Shown in pieces: positions 1 through 8,584 of a DNA stretch of 64,000 nucleotides; positions within the stretch are counted from its first letter, which is position 1; the number at the start of each line of letters is the position of its first letter. The stretch lies in NCBI RefSeq assembly GCF_003991155.1, contig NZ_CP031293.1; one strand, given 5' to 3'. The notes under the pieces were generated by a model. The model had not been told where the DNA came from, did no database searches, and saw nothing but the letters and a program-made list of their open reading frames with translations. The stretch comes from Escherichia coli. Lineage in GTDB: Bacteria > Pseudomonadota > Gammaproteobacteria > Enterobacterales > Enterobacteriaceae. The position numbers were made by a program, and so were the translations under genes.

Positions 1-717
1 GTCGCTCATCGTGGCGGCGGTAAGCTGGCCCCGGAAAACACCCTGGCGGCAATCGACGTCGGGGCAAAATACGGTCATAAAATGATCGAATTTGACGCGA
101 AGTTATCGAAAGATGGCGAGATCTTCCTGCTCCATGACGACAATCTCGAACGCACCAGCAACGGCTGGGGCGTCGCGGGTGAACTGAACTGGCAGGATTT
201 ACTGCGCGTGGATGCGGGCAGTTGGTACAGCAAAGCGTTTAAAGGTGAGCCGCTGCCGTTGCTTTCGCAGGTGGCGGAACGCTGTCGCGAACACGGGATG
301 ATGGCGAATATCGAAATCAAACCCACCACTGGCACTGGACCATTAACGGGCAAAATGGTGGCGCTGGCGGCACGCCAACTGTGGGCCGGTATGACGCCGC
401 CGCTGCTGTCATCGTTTGAGATTGATGCTTTAGAAGCTGCACAGCTGGCGGCACCGGAACTGCCGCGTGGTTTATTGCTTGATGAGTGGCGCGACGACTG
501 GCGCGAACTGACCGCGCGGCTGGGCTGCGTCTCTATTCATCTCAATCATAAGTTACTCGATAAAGTGCGAGTGATGCAGTTGAAAGACGCCGGACTGCGG
601 ATTCTGGTTTATACCGTCAATAAACCCCAGCGCGCGGCAGAGTTGCTGCGCTGGGGCGTGGATTGCATCTGTACCGATGCGATTGACGTGATTGGTCCGA
701 ACTTTACGGCCCAATAG
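1..717 (+). CDS. ugpQ: glycerophosphodiester phosphodiesterase UgpQ, 5' end truncated by the window edge
   Basis: Frame 1 is open from base 1 ([20 protein letters not shown]...) to a stop at 715-717; the sequence matches my recollection of E. coli UgpQ and only the first few codons are missing. Confidence 0.9.
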
Positions 718-1144
718 TTTTCAACGGAATGTCAGGCTGCGGCGTGCTGGGCTGATTCAGCATGTCGCCGTTTCTCCTCTCCGGCAGCATATGCTGCTGA
801 TTCAACGAACTATCCGGATTACGGTTGCTGTTTAACATCCCGCCGTTGGTGTTGGGCAGCATTTGCTGCCGGGCGGGATTTCGCTCCCCCGGCTGTGACT
901 GCAACACCCGCTGAGAATTATTGTTTATCTGGTTTTCTAAATGCTGCTGTTGCAACTGAGTTTGCGTTTTCAGTTGCTGATTCAGCATCCCTTTTTGCTG
1001 GATTTGCTGAGTCTGCATCTGGGTTTGCATCCGCTGCTGGCTGGGTATCTGATACCCCGGCTGGTTAGGGTTGTTCAGAGTATTAATGGGCTGTGCAAAG
1101 CCGACAAACGGCAGGAGTGCCGTAAGAATCAGAAGTCGTTTCAT
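704..1144 (-). CDS. yhhA: Gln-rich secreted protein YhhA (signal peptide [17 protein letters not shown])
   Basis: 146-aa ORF with an N-terminal signal peptide and low-complexity Q-rich body; convergent with ugpQ, overlapping it by 14 nt. Confidence 0.85.
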
Positions 1145-1263
1145 CGCGTATCCTCCTCTGAAGATATCCTTTAAGTTTACTCGCTTCCCGACAAAACGAT
1201 GATTAATTCAGAGTTATATACCAGGCTTAGCTGGGGTTGCCCCTTAATCTCTGGAGAATAACG

Positions 1264-3006
1264 ATGATAAAACCGACGTTTTTACGCCGGGTGGCCATTG
1301 CTGCTCTGCTCTCAGGAAGTTGTTTTAGCGCCGCCGCCGCGCCTCCTGCGCCGCCCGTCTCGTATGGTGTGGAGGAAGATGTCTTCCACCCGGTACGCGC
1401 GAAACAGGGAATGGTAGCGTCTGTGGACGCCACTGCCACTCAGGTGGGGGTGGATATTCTCAAGGAGGGCGGGAATGCCGTTGATGCCGCCGTGGCGGTG
1501 GGCTACGCGCTGGCGGTAACGCATCCGCAGGCAGGGAATCTGGGCGGTGGTGGTTTTATGTTAATCCGCTCGAAAAATGGCAATACCACGGCTATCGATT
1601 TCCGCGAAATGGCACCCGCCAAAGCGACCCGCGATATGTTCCTCGATGATCAGGGCAACCCGGACAGCAAAAAATCACTCACTTCGCATCTGGCTTCCGG
1701 CACACCGGGTACGGTAGCAGGTTTCTCGCTGGCGCTGGATAAATACGGCACCATGCCGCTGAACAAAGTCGTGCAGCCCGCGTTTAAACTGGCACGCGAT
1801 GGTTTTATCGTTAACGACGCGCTGGCTGACGATCTCAAAACCTACGGTAGCGAAGTGTTGCCGAATCACGAAAACAGTAAAGCTATCTTCTGGAAAGAGG
1901 GCGAGCCGCTGAAAAAGGGCGACACGCTGGTGCAGGCGAACCTGGCAAAGAGCCTGGAGATGATTGCTGAAAACGGCCCGGACGAATTCTATAAAGGCAC
2001 GATTGCGGAACAGATCGCCCAGGAGATGCAGAAAAACGGTGGCTTGATCACTAAAGAAGATTTAGCAGCCTATAAAGCGGTCGAACGTACTCCGATAAGC
2101 GGCGATTATCGCGGGTATCAGGTTTACTCCATGCCACCGCCATCCTCCGGCGGGATCCATATCGTACAAATCCTCAATATTCTGGAAAACTTCGATATGA
2201 AGAAATACGGCTTTGGCAGCGCCGATGCGATGCAAATCATGGCAGAAGCGGAGAAATACGCCTACGCCGACCGCTCGGAATATCTTGGCGACCCGGATTT
2301 TGTCAAAGTACCGTGGCAGGCGCTGACCAATAAAGCCTATGCCAAATCTATTGCCGATCAAATTGATATCAATAAAGCGAAGCCATCCAGCGAAATTCGC
2401 CCCGGCAAGCTTGCGCCTTATGAGAGTAATCAAACTACCCATTACTCAGTGGTGGATAAAGACGGCAACGCGGTGGCGGTGACCTATACGCTGAACACCA
2501 CCTTCGGGACGGGCATTGTCGCGGGCGAGAGCGGTATTCTGCTTAATAACCAGATGGATGATTTCTCCGCCAAACCGGGCGTACCGAACGTTTACGGGCT
2601 GGTGGGCGGTGATGCCAACGCGGTTGGGCCGAACAAACGCCCGCTGTCGTCGATGTCACCAACCATTGTGGTGAAAGACGGTAAAACCTGGCTGGTTACC
2701 GGTAGCCCTGGCGGGAGTCGGATTATTACCACCGTGCTGCAAATGGTGGTGAATAGCATCGATTATGGCATGAATGTCGCCGAAGCGACCAATGCACCGC
2801 GTTTCCACCATCAGTGGTTGCCGGACGAGCTGCGTGTCGAAAAAGGGTTTAGCCCGGATACGCTCAAGCTGCTGGAAGCAAAAGGTCAGAAAGTGGCGCT
2901 GAAAGAGGCGATGGGCAGTACACAAAGCATTATGGTTGGGCCGGACGGTGAGTTGTACGGCGCATCTGACCCGCGCTCGGTGGATGATTTAACGGCGGGG
3001 TATTAA
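1264..3006 (+). CDS. ggt: gamma-glutamyltranspeptidase
   Basis: 580-aa product starting MIKPTFLRRVAIAALLSGS with a signal peptide and the conserved GGT core; ATG at 1264 is preceded by GGAGAA; the track's longer ORF from 1237 is an upstream extension. Confidence 0.95.
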   Translation: MIKPTFLRRVAIAALLSGSCFSAAAAPPAPPVSYGVEEDVFHPVRAKQGMVASVDATATQVGVDILKEGGNAVDAAVAVGYALAVTHPQAGNLGGGGFMLIRSKNGNTTAIDFREMAPAKATRDMFLDDQGNPDSKKSLTSHLASGTPGTVAGFSLALDKYGTMPLNKVVQPAFKLARDGFIVNDALADDLKTYGSEVLPNHENSKAIFWKEGEPLKKGDTLVQANLAKSLEMIAENGPDEFYKGTIAEQIAQEMQKNGGLITKEDLAAYKAVERTPISGDYRGYQVYSMPPPSSGGIHIVQILNILENFDMKKYGFGSADAMQIMAEAEKYAYADRSEYLGDPDFVKVPWQALTNKAYAKSIADQIDINKAKPSSEIRPGKLAPYESNQTTHYSVVDKDGNAVAVTYTLNTTFGTGIVAGESGILLNNQMDDFSAKPGVPNVYGLVGGDANAVGPNKRPLSSMSPTIVVKDGKTWLVTGSPGGSRIITTVLQMVVNSIDYGMNVAEATNAPRFHHQWLPDELRVEKGFSPDTLKLLEAKGQKVALKEAMGSTQSIMVGPDGELYGASDPRSVDDLTAGY

Positions 3007-3013
3007 GGTTAGC

Positions 3014-3037
3014 GGCCCTCTTAGTGGGAAGAGGGCC
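3014..3037. terminator. hairpin between the convergent ggt and yrhB 3' ends
   Basis: Perfect 9-bp inverted repeat ggccctctt / aagagggcc with a 6-nt loop; no clear U-tract, so terminator function is inferred from position only. Confidence 0.4.
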
Positions 3038-3043
3038 GTATTG

Positions 3044-3328
3044 TCAGGGCAAGCCGAAGGTAGCCTTTTTTATTTCATAATCCTGTAGATATTCTTCCAG
3101 TGGCTTTGCCGTTCCCAGAGAATGAATTTCACCACTGCCTTTATCAATAATAAAAGGTGCGTTACCAGCTAAGCGCGCGGCCTCATCTCCAGATTCAAGA
3201 AATTATTGTGATTCGAAACAGAAATACCAGCCCTGGCTAAAACGTCCATGCAGAGTGATGACGACAGGGAGATCTGCATCATCAAGGTAATGGTTCGCTT
3301 TCGCGAATGCGTCGTGATAAGTAATCAT
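3044..3328 (-). pseudogene. yrhB: yrhB-like small protein gene interrupted by an in-frame TAA at codon 42
   Basis: Minus-strand ATG at 3328 gives MITYHDAFAKANHYLDDADLPVVITLHGRFSQGWYFCFESQ, then TAA at 3203-3205; the same frame stays open for 52 more codons (FLESGDEAARLAGNAPFIIDKGSGEIHSLGTAKPLEEYLQDYEIKKATFGLP) to a stop at 3044-3046. Total length equals the 94-codon yrhB as I recall it. Confidence 0.5.
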
Positions 3329-3777
3329 AATTATAATAAATATTATTGTTGATCGTTATATTATTATTCTTGCGTTATACTTTGAGAAAAGACGCGTTCA
3401 TCTTCGTCAAAGATATTATTAAATGCTGGTTTTGAAAAAAGTTCATCGGGTAATATACAGTCACGAAATAAGTATCTGCTAATGTTTTGTGATTTCTTTT
3501 TCAGAACGTCGAACGGGATTTTCTTATTTAAGATATCAGAATCTTATGATTCGGGTGAAATTCTAACTAAATCAACATGTCACTAAAATCATCATAGCCA
3601 TTAGCTATTTCGGCTAAAATAGAGATTACATGTCTTCGGTCCATCTCACTTAAGGAGTGTAGTTCCGTTGTAAGTTTTTCCATAGCTTGCATTGCTAAGT
3701 TTCGAACAAGGAATTTTCTGCTGGTAATCTCTAAAAAGATGGCATGGTTTATAATGATTTTTGTTACCTTTTGATTA

Positions 3778-4272
3778 TTATGAACAACTGTCCATGATTT
3801 CGTTTAAGAATGAAGAGAAATCACTAAACGAACTGAATATATTTTCTGTGCCAATATTATCTCTAATTTCAAAAAAGTTATTTTTAATGTCATAAGTAAA
3901 TATTGAAATGCTATCATCCCCGATCACTAACCGTTCTTGTAGATCAGGGTTTATGAAATCATCATTATTTCTATAAAATTCATTTACGGCAAAAAGGTTT
4001 TTAACTGAAGGTTCTGGAATCGAGAGGCTGAATAATCGTAATCCATTAACTTCGAATCCATCCATTGCTCTTAAAAAAGTAAGATAATCAGGTTGATTAT
4101 TAAAGAGAATACTAACTTCATTACATAACTTCTCCAGGCAATTAGTTGGATTAGAATTAAATTTTATTTGGATTATACTTTCAATAAATGATTCCTTGAG
4201 CGGTGCTTCAAATGGATAGTCTAAATCATTCATCATTTTTTTTAATTTATTTATTTGGGTTTTAGTCATCAT
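3778..4272 (-). CDS. hypothetical 164-aa protein; candidate cognate immunity protein for the YhhZ HNH toxin (occupies the yrhA position)
   Basis: ORF immediately downstream of yhhZ on the same strand with a 4-nt ATGA start/stop overlap (4269-4272); AT-rich, acidic, no signal peptide. The immunity role is inferred from synteny and coupling only. Confidence 0.6.
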   Translation of the reverse strand: MMTKTQINKLKKMMNDLDYPFEAPLKESFIESIIQIKFNSNPTNCLEKLCNEVSILFNNQPDYLTFLRAMDGFEVNGLRLFSLSIPEPSVKNLFAVNEFYRNNDDFINPDLQERLVIGDDSISIFTYDIKNNFFEIRDNIGTENIFSSFSDFSSFLNEIMDSCS

Positions 4273-5447
4273 TTTGTGGGTTCCATAATATTTTTCATGG
4301 GAGGATAAATTGAGCCAGATGGAATGGCCCAGGGAGTGATTTTGCTTTCACCTACTAATATTCCCTTAGCTATTCGTGATTGCATGTTAGTAAAAACTTT
4401 ATGATATGGTTCGTTTTCGATTAATACTAAATTTTCGAAATCATTAGTACCACCATCATCTAGAGATAGTTTATGGTGAACATTATAATTTAGAGGAACA
4501 TTGCCCTTTCTCATTCTTAAAAGGTCTTCGGCGTTGAATCTTCCAGATGCTTCGGAGGTTTTTGCAAGTTTGATAAGAAAATTTTTTCTTACAGTTTTAT
4601 TAAACTCCTTTCGTAAGTTAGCTAAGTCTTTTGAAGGTCTCTTAATGTATATTATTTCTATTATGTCTATACCATCAAGAAGTTTTTGTTGACCTCTAAG
4701 TTTGCCTAAGTAACTATTTATTTCTGTATATGTATCAACATTAGAACGCTTTGTTAAAAGAATAGATGCTGTTGCTATCGCTATGCCCGCTGTTTTTTCA
4801 TTTAGTATTTGATCATAGCCTTTTATTGCATCTCCACCCAGTTTTTCCGCAGTATCTCTGAATCCTTCAATGTTCCCATTGTATACGCCACCAGCAGCAA
4901 GTAGCCTGCCAATAGCTTTGCTGTTTAACGTTTTGAAACGATTATTTGTTTGGTTTTTTGAATTTGGTAAAAACAAACAGTTATAATTTTCAGGGAGTGC
5001 CAAATAGCTGAACTCGGTATTTGCGATAATCTGTTGACAGAGGATAAATTCATAACTAACAGTTATTGTTTCTGTATCCAGTTGATTTTCAATGATCTGA
5101 TGATGAATAGCCGATAAAAAAGCGCCTCTTAGTTGTATATAATAATACTTTTCCCATCTACCAAATCTATTTATTCGATAGAAGTCAAATCCCATAAATA
5201 ATTGTTCATTATTGTTAATGGAATTAATAAATAATGGAGTGCTTTTATCAATTAATTTACAAAATGTTATACCATGGAACTGTGAACCAAGCCCCGTATT
5301 AGTAATACTATTTAAGAGTGAGAATGTAAATATTTCATCCTCATGCCCGCTCTGCCAGCGATTACCTGTAGACTCAGAAGTCCCACAACCTGCGGAGATG
5401 CTTCCTTGTTGTTCTCCCGTTACTGTCAGGTAAACAATATTACTCAT
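4269..5447 (-). CDS. yhhZ: Hcp-family protein with a C-terminal HNH nuclease domain (Hcp extended-toxin type, YhhZ)
   Basis: 392 aa; the N-terminal ~160 aa look Hcp1-like (MSNIVYLTVTGEQQGSISAG...), and the C-terminus carries an HNH-like motif (NYNVHHKLSLDDGGTNDFENLVLIENEPYHKVF); markedly AT-rich compared with its neighbours. Confidence 0.8.
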   Translation of the reverse strand: MSNIVYLTVTGEQQGSISAGCGTSESTGNRWQSGHEDEIFTFSLLNSITNTGLGSQFHGITFCKLIDKSTPLFINSINNNEQLFMGFDFYRINRFGRWEKYYYIQLRGAFLSAIHHQIIENQLDTETITVSYEFILCQQIIANTEFSYLALPENYNCLFLPNSKNQTNNRFKTLNSKAIGRLLAAGGVYNGNIEGFRDTAEKLGGDAIKGYDQILNEKTAGIAIATASILLTKRSNVDTYTEINSYLGKLRGQQKLLDGIDIIEIIYIKRPSKDLANLRKEFNKTVRKNFLIKLAKTSEASGRFNAEDLLRMRKGNVPLNYNVHHKLSLDDGGTNDFENLVLIENEPYHKVFTNMQSRIAKGILVGESKITPWAIPSGSIYPPMKNIMEPTK

Positions 5448-5650
5448 CCCTGAAAAGTCCTTTTATGGCATGCTATTTTATTAATGGCACTATTATGCTT
5501 GTTAATTGTTATTTATTTACTCCAGGAAATTGTAGGCGTATATATTAATAATAAAATATTACACTTTAGGACGTAATTATGAGGTAAATCTCAATATATT
5601 TATTGGGCAAATAAATACATTAAAGGAAGATATGCCGATTTTGAATGACG

Positions 5651-5677
5651 CCCTTTTTCCATCTCAGAAAAAGGGCA
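5651..5677 (-). terminator. hairpin just downstream of yhhY
   Basis: Inverted repeat gcccttttt(c) ... gaaaaagggc lying directly 3' of the yhhY stop on the minus strand. Confidence 0.5.
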
Positions 5678-5682
5678 CTATC

Positions 5683-6171
5683 TTATTTCACCCGCGCCAT
5701 ATAATACGCATCGACATATTCACCATTACGTAATGCGTACTTCTTGCCAGTCCCTTCAATCTCAAAGCCGAATTTTTTATAGACCTTAATTGCTGGCGCG
5801 TTATCGACGAACACCGTTAGCTCGATACGATCTACCCGCAACCAGTTGTCGCACATATCAATCATTTCGCGCATCAGGGCGCTGGCGACGCCGCGGTTCT
5901 TCCAGCGAGAGTCGACACAGATACCAAAATCGGCAACATGACTGCGGCGCGGGCGTTGCTGTACATCAATGGTGAGATGACCTACTACGGTTCCATCAAT
6001 ACAGGCGACGAGTTGCTTGATGCCGGGGCGTTCGGCGAGTCGCTCCTGCCACATATAGTCTGAAGGATGAGGCACCTGTAGCGTGTTGTAATACACCTCC
6101 GGCTGGGCGTGAATCTGCCTGATGGCCTCGTAATCCCGTGTTTCTGCGTGGCGTATCACTATCTCACTCAT
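5683..6171 (-). CDS. yhhY: GNAT-family N-acetyltransferase YhhY
   Basis: 162-aa product from the ATG at 6171 (MSEIVIRHAETRDYEAIRQIH...) with an AGGAA ribosome-binding site; acetyltransferase fold motifs; the track's longer ORF is an N-terminal extension. Confidence 0.9.
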   Translation of the reverse strand: MSEIVIRHAETRDYEAIRQIHAQPEVYYNTLQVPHPSDYMWQERLAERPGIKQLVACIDGTVVGHLTIDVQQRPRRSHVADFGICVDSRWKNRGVASALMREMIDMCDNWLRVDRIELTVFVDNAPAIKVYKKFGFEIEGTGKKYALRNGEYVDAYYMARVK

Positions 6172-6255
6172 TCCTTTGTCCTCTTTGGGGTAAATGTCCC
6201 TTTCAACATCATTGACTTTCAAATGCGAGTCAAATGCATTTTTTTTGCAAAAAGT

Positions 6256-6293
6256 GTTGGACAAGTGCGAATGAGAATGATTATTATTGTCTT
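6256..6293 (+). promoter_or_regulatory. ryhB promoter with overlapping Fur box
   Basis: -35-like ttggac and -10-like tattat just upstream of the RyhB 5' end; the overlapping gaatgagaatgattattatt resembles the Fur consensus GATAATGATAATCATTATC. Confidence 0.7.
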
Positions 6294-6383
6294 GCGATCA
6301 GGAAGACCCTCGCGGAGAACCTGAAAGCACGACATTGCTCACATTGCTTCCAGTATTACTTAGCCAGCCGGGTGCTGGCTTTT
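6294..6383 (+). ncRNA. ryhB: RyhB small regulatory RNA (Fur-repressed, iron-sparing)
   Basis: Base-for-base match to the RyhB sequence as I recall it (GCGATCAGGAAGACCCTCGCGGAGAACCTGAAAGCACGACATTGCTCACATTGCTTCCAGTATTACTTAGCCAGCCGGGTGCTGGCTTTT), ending in a GC-rich hairpin and U-tract; sits between yhhY and yhhX as in K-12. Confidence 0.95.
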
Positions 6384-6505
6384 TTTTTGATCTTTCGTTT
6401 TCAAATTATCCACGGGAAGTGCTTGTGTTCGTTATGCGCACTCCAGTAGGAACCACGTCCGCTTTGCGCTAAGGTGTAAATAACCCCCTTAAAAAGGACG
6501 AAATC

Positions 6506-7543
6506 ATGGTCATCAACTGCGCCTTTATTGGCTTCGGCAAAAGCACCACCCGTTACCATCTGCCGTATGTACTTAACCGCAAGGATAGCTGGCATGTCGC
6601 GCATATTTTTCGCCGCCATGCGAAGCCGGAAGAACAGGCTCCCATTTACTCTCATATCCATTTCACCAGCGATCTCGACGAAGTGCTAAACGATCCCGAT
6701 GTTAAGCTGGTTGTCGTCTGCACCCACGCGGATAGCCATTTCGAATACGCGAAGCGCGCGCTGGAAGCCGGGAAAAATGTGCTGGTCGAAAAACCGTTCA
6801 CCCCGACGCTTGCCCAGGCGAAGGAGCTGTTTGAGTTGGCGAAAAGCAAAGGGCTGACCGTCACGCCGTATCAGAATCGTCGCTTTGATTCCTGCTTCCT
6901 GACGGCGAAAAAAGCGATTGAAAGCGGTAAGCTGGGAGAGATTGTTGAAGTGGAAAGCCATTTTGACTATTACCGCCCGGTGGCAGAAACCAAACCTGGG
7001 CTGCCGCAGGATGGCGCGTTCTATGGCCTTGGTGTGCATACCCTCGACCAGATTATCTCGCTGTTCGGTCGCCCGGATCACGTCGCTTATGACATCCGCA
7101 GCCTGCGTAATAAAGCCAATCCTGACGACACCTTCGAAGCGCAGCTGTTTTATGGCGATCTAAAAGCCATCGTCAAAACCAGCCATCTGGTGAAAATCGA
7201 TTATCCGAAATTTATCGTTCACGGTAAGAAAGGTTCGTTTATTAAATACGGTATCGACCAGCAGGAAACCAGCCTGAAGGCTAATATTATGCCGGGCGAA
7301 CCGGGATTCGCAGCGGATGATTCGGTCGGTGTGCTGGAGTATGTCAATGACGAGGGCGTGACGGTCAGAGAAGAGATGAAGCCGGAGGTGGGCGATTACG
7401 GGCGCGTTTATGATGCGTTGCATCAAACCATCACCAACGGTGCGCCAAATTACGTCAAGGAATCTGAAGTTCTTACCAATCTGGAAATCCTTGAACGCGG
7501 TTTTGAGCAAGCTTCTCCCTCCACAGTGACTCTCGCGAAGTAA
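6506..7543 (+). CDS. yhhX: Gfo/Idh/MocA-family oxidoreductase YhhX
   Basis: 345-aa ORF with an N-terminal Rossmann dinucleotide-binding motif (AFIGFGKSTTRYHLP). Confidence 0.9.
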   Translation: MVINCAFIGFGKSTTRYHLPYVLNRKDSWHVAHIFRRHAKPEEQAPIYSHIHFTSDLDEVLNDPDVKLVVVCTHADSHFEYAKRALEAGKNVLVEKPFTPTLAQAKELFELAKSKGLTVTPYQNRRFDSCFLTAKKAIESGKLGEIVEVESHFDYYRPVAETKPGLPQDGAFYGLGVHTLDQIISLFGRPDHVAYDIRSLRNKANPDDTFEAQLFYGDLKAIVKTSHLVKIDYPKFIVHGKKGSFIKYGIDQQETSLKANIMPGEPGFAADDSVGVLEYVNDEGVTVREEMKPEVGDYGRVYDALHQTITNGAPNYVKESEVLTNLEILERGFEQASPSTVTLAK

Positions 7544-7550
7544 GTTTGAT

Positions 7551-7589
7551 GACCCCTCGAATAGTTCAATTTTTTTGAACAGAGGGGTC
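7551..7589 (+). terminator. yhhX terminator hairpin
   Basis: Inverted repeat gacccctc ... gaggggtc followed by aatttt, directly after the yhhX stop. Confidence 0.6.
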
Positions 7590-7665
7590 AATTTTCACCC
7601 TCTATCATCCCAGGCTGATCGGGTCCACACTAAGCCCATCGAAATCATTCAGGGGGCGAATACAA

Positions 7666-8361
7666 ATGATCTACTTACGCAAAGCAAATGAACGTGGTCA
7701 TGCAAATCATGGCTGGCTGGACTCCTGGCATACTTTCTCTTTTGCCAACTACTACGACCCGAACTTTATGGGTTTCTCCGCGCTGCGCGTGATTAACGAC
7801 GACGTGATTGAAGCAGGGCAGGGCTTTGGCACTCACCCGCATAAAGATATGGAAATTTTGACCTACGTGCTGGAAGGTACTGTTGAGCACCAGGACAGCA
7901 TGGGCAATAAAGAGCAGGTTCCGGCGGGTGAGTTCCAGATTATGAGTGCGGGTACGGGTATCCGTCACTCTGAGTACAACCCAAGCAGCACCGAGCGTCT
8001 GCATCTGTATCAAATCTGGATCATGCCGGAAGAAAACGGCATCACGCCTCGCTATGAGCAGCGCCGTTTCGATGCCGTACAGGGCAAACAGCTGGTGCTC
8101 TCGCCGGATGCGCGAGATGGTTCGCTGAAAGTGCATCAGGATATGGAACTGTATCGTTGGGCATTGCTGAAAGATGAGCAGTCGGTGCATCAGATTGCCG
8201 CTGAACGCCGCGTCTGGATCCAGGTGGTGAAAGGCAATGTCACCATTAACGGCGTGAAAGCCTCGACCAGCGATGGTCTGGCAATCTGGGATGAGCAGGC
8301 AATCTCCATTCATGCGGATAGCGACAGCGAAGTGTTACTGTTCGATCTGCCGCCGGTTTAA
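7666..8361 (+). CDS. yhhW: pirin-like protein / quercetin 2,3-dioxygenase YhhW
   Basis: 231-aa cupin protein with the metal-binding HPH...E motif (GFGTHPHKDMEILTYVLEG). Confidence 0.9.
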   Translation: MIYLRKANERGHANHGWLDSWHTFSFANYYDPNFMGFSALRVINDDVIEAGQGFGTHPHKDMEILTYVLEGTVEHQDSMGNKEQVPAGEFQIMSAGTGIRHSEYNPSSTERLHLYQIWIMPEENGITPRYEQRRFDAVQGKQLVLSPDARDGSLKVHQDMELYRWALLKDEQSVHQIAAERRVWIQVVKGNVTINGVKASTSDGLAIWDEQAISIHADSDSEVLLFDLPPV

Positions 8362-8584
8362 AACTCAACGGCATCTTTGAAGCCTGCCTTTTTGCAGGCT
8401 TCCTCGCTCGCTCCGGTCGCGTGCTGATATACGCTTCCGGGGTTTTGCCGTGTCGTTAGCACAATGCGATGCAATTGATTTAGTGTATATCTAATAATTG
8501 TAAACAAGCACTGTTTTCCCCGGGAAGGTTCTGATGCGTCCGTGTTAAACTAAGAGAATCTATCTCTTTTGTACCTTCAGGACG

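Noticed and set aside
1237-1263. Longer ggt start at 1237 from the ORF track
   Set aside because: The ATG at 1264 gives the signal-peptide N-terminus MIKPTFLRR and has a proper ribosome-binding site; the upstream in-frame start lacks one.
3000-5700. IS1 or other insertion sequence in the yhhZ-yrhB region (K-12 carries IS1 here, from memory)
   Set aside because: No IS1-like terminal inverted repeats and no insA/insB-like ORFs are present; the region is simply AT-rich spacer plus the yhhZ and immunity genes.
6686-7081. Minus-strand ORFs (131 aa, 143 aa at 7160-7591) overlapping yhhX
   Set aside because: Overlap the yhhX coding frame on the opposite strand; no independent support.
8379-8402. 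Palindrome gaagcctgc ctttttg caggcttc after yhhW as a terminator
   Set aside because: The T-run is in the loop rather than after the stem; plausible but not convincing enough to annotate.
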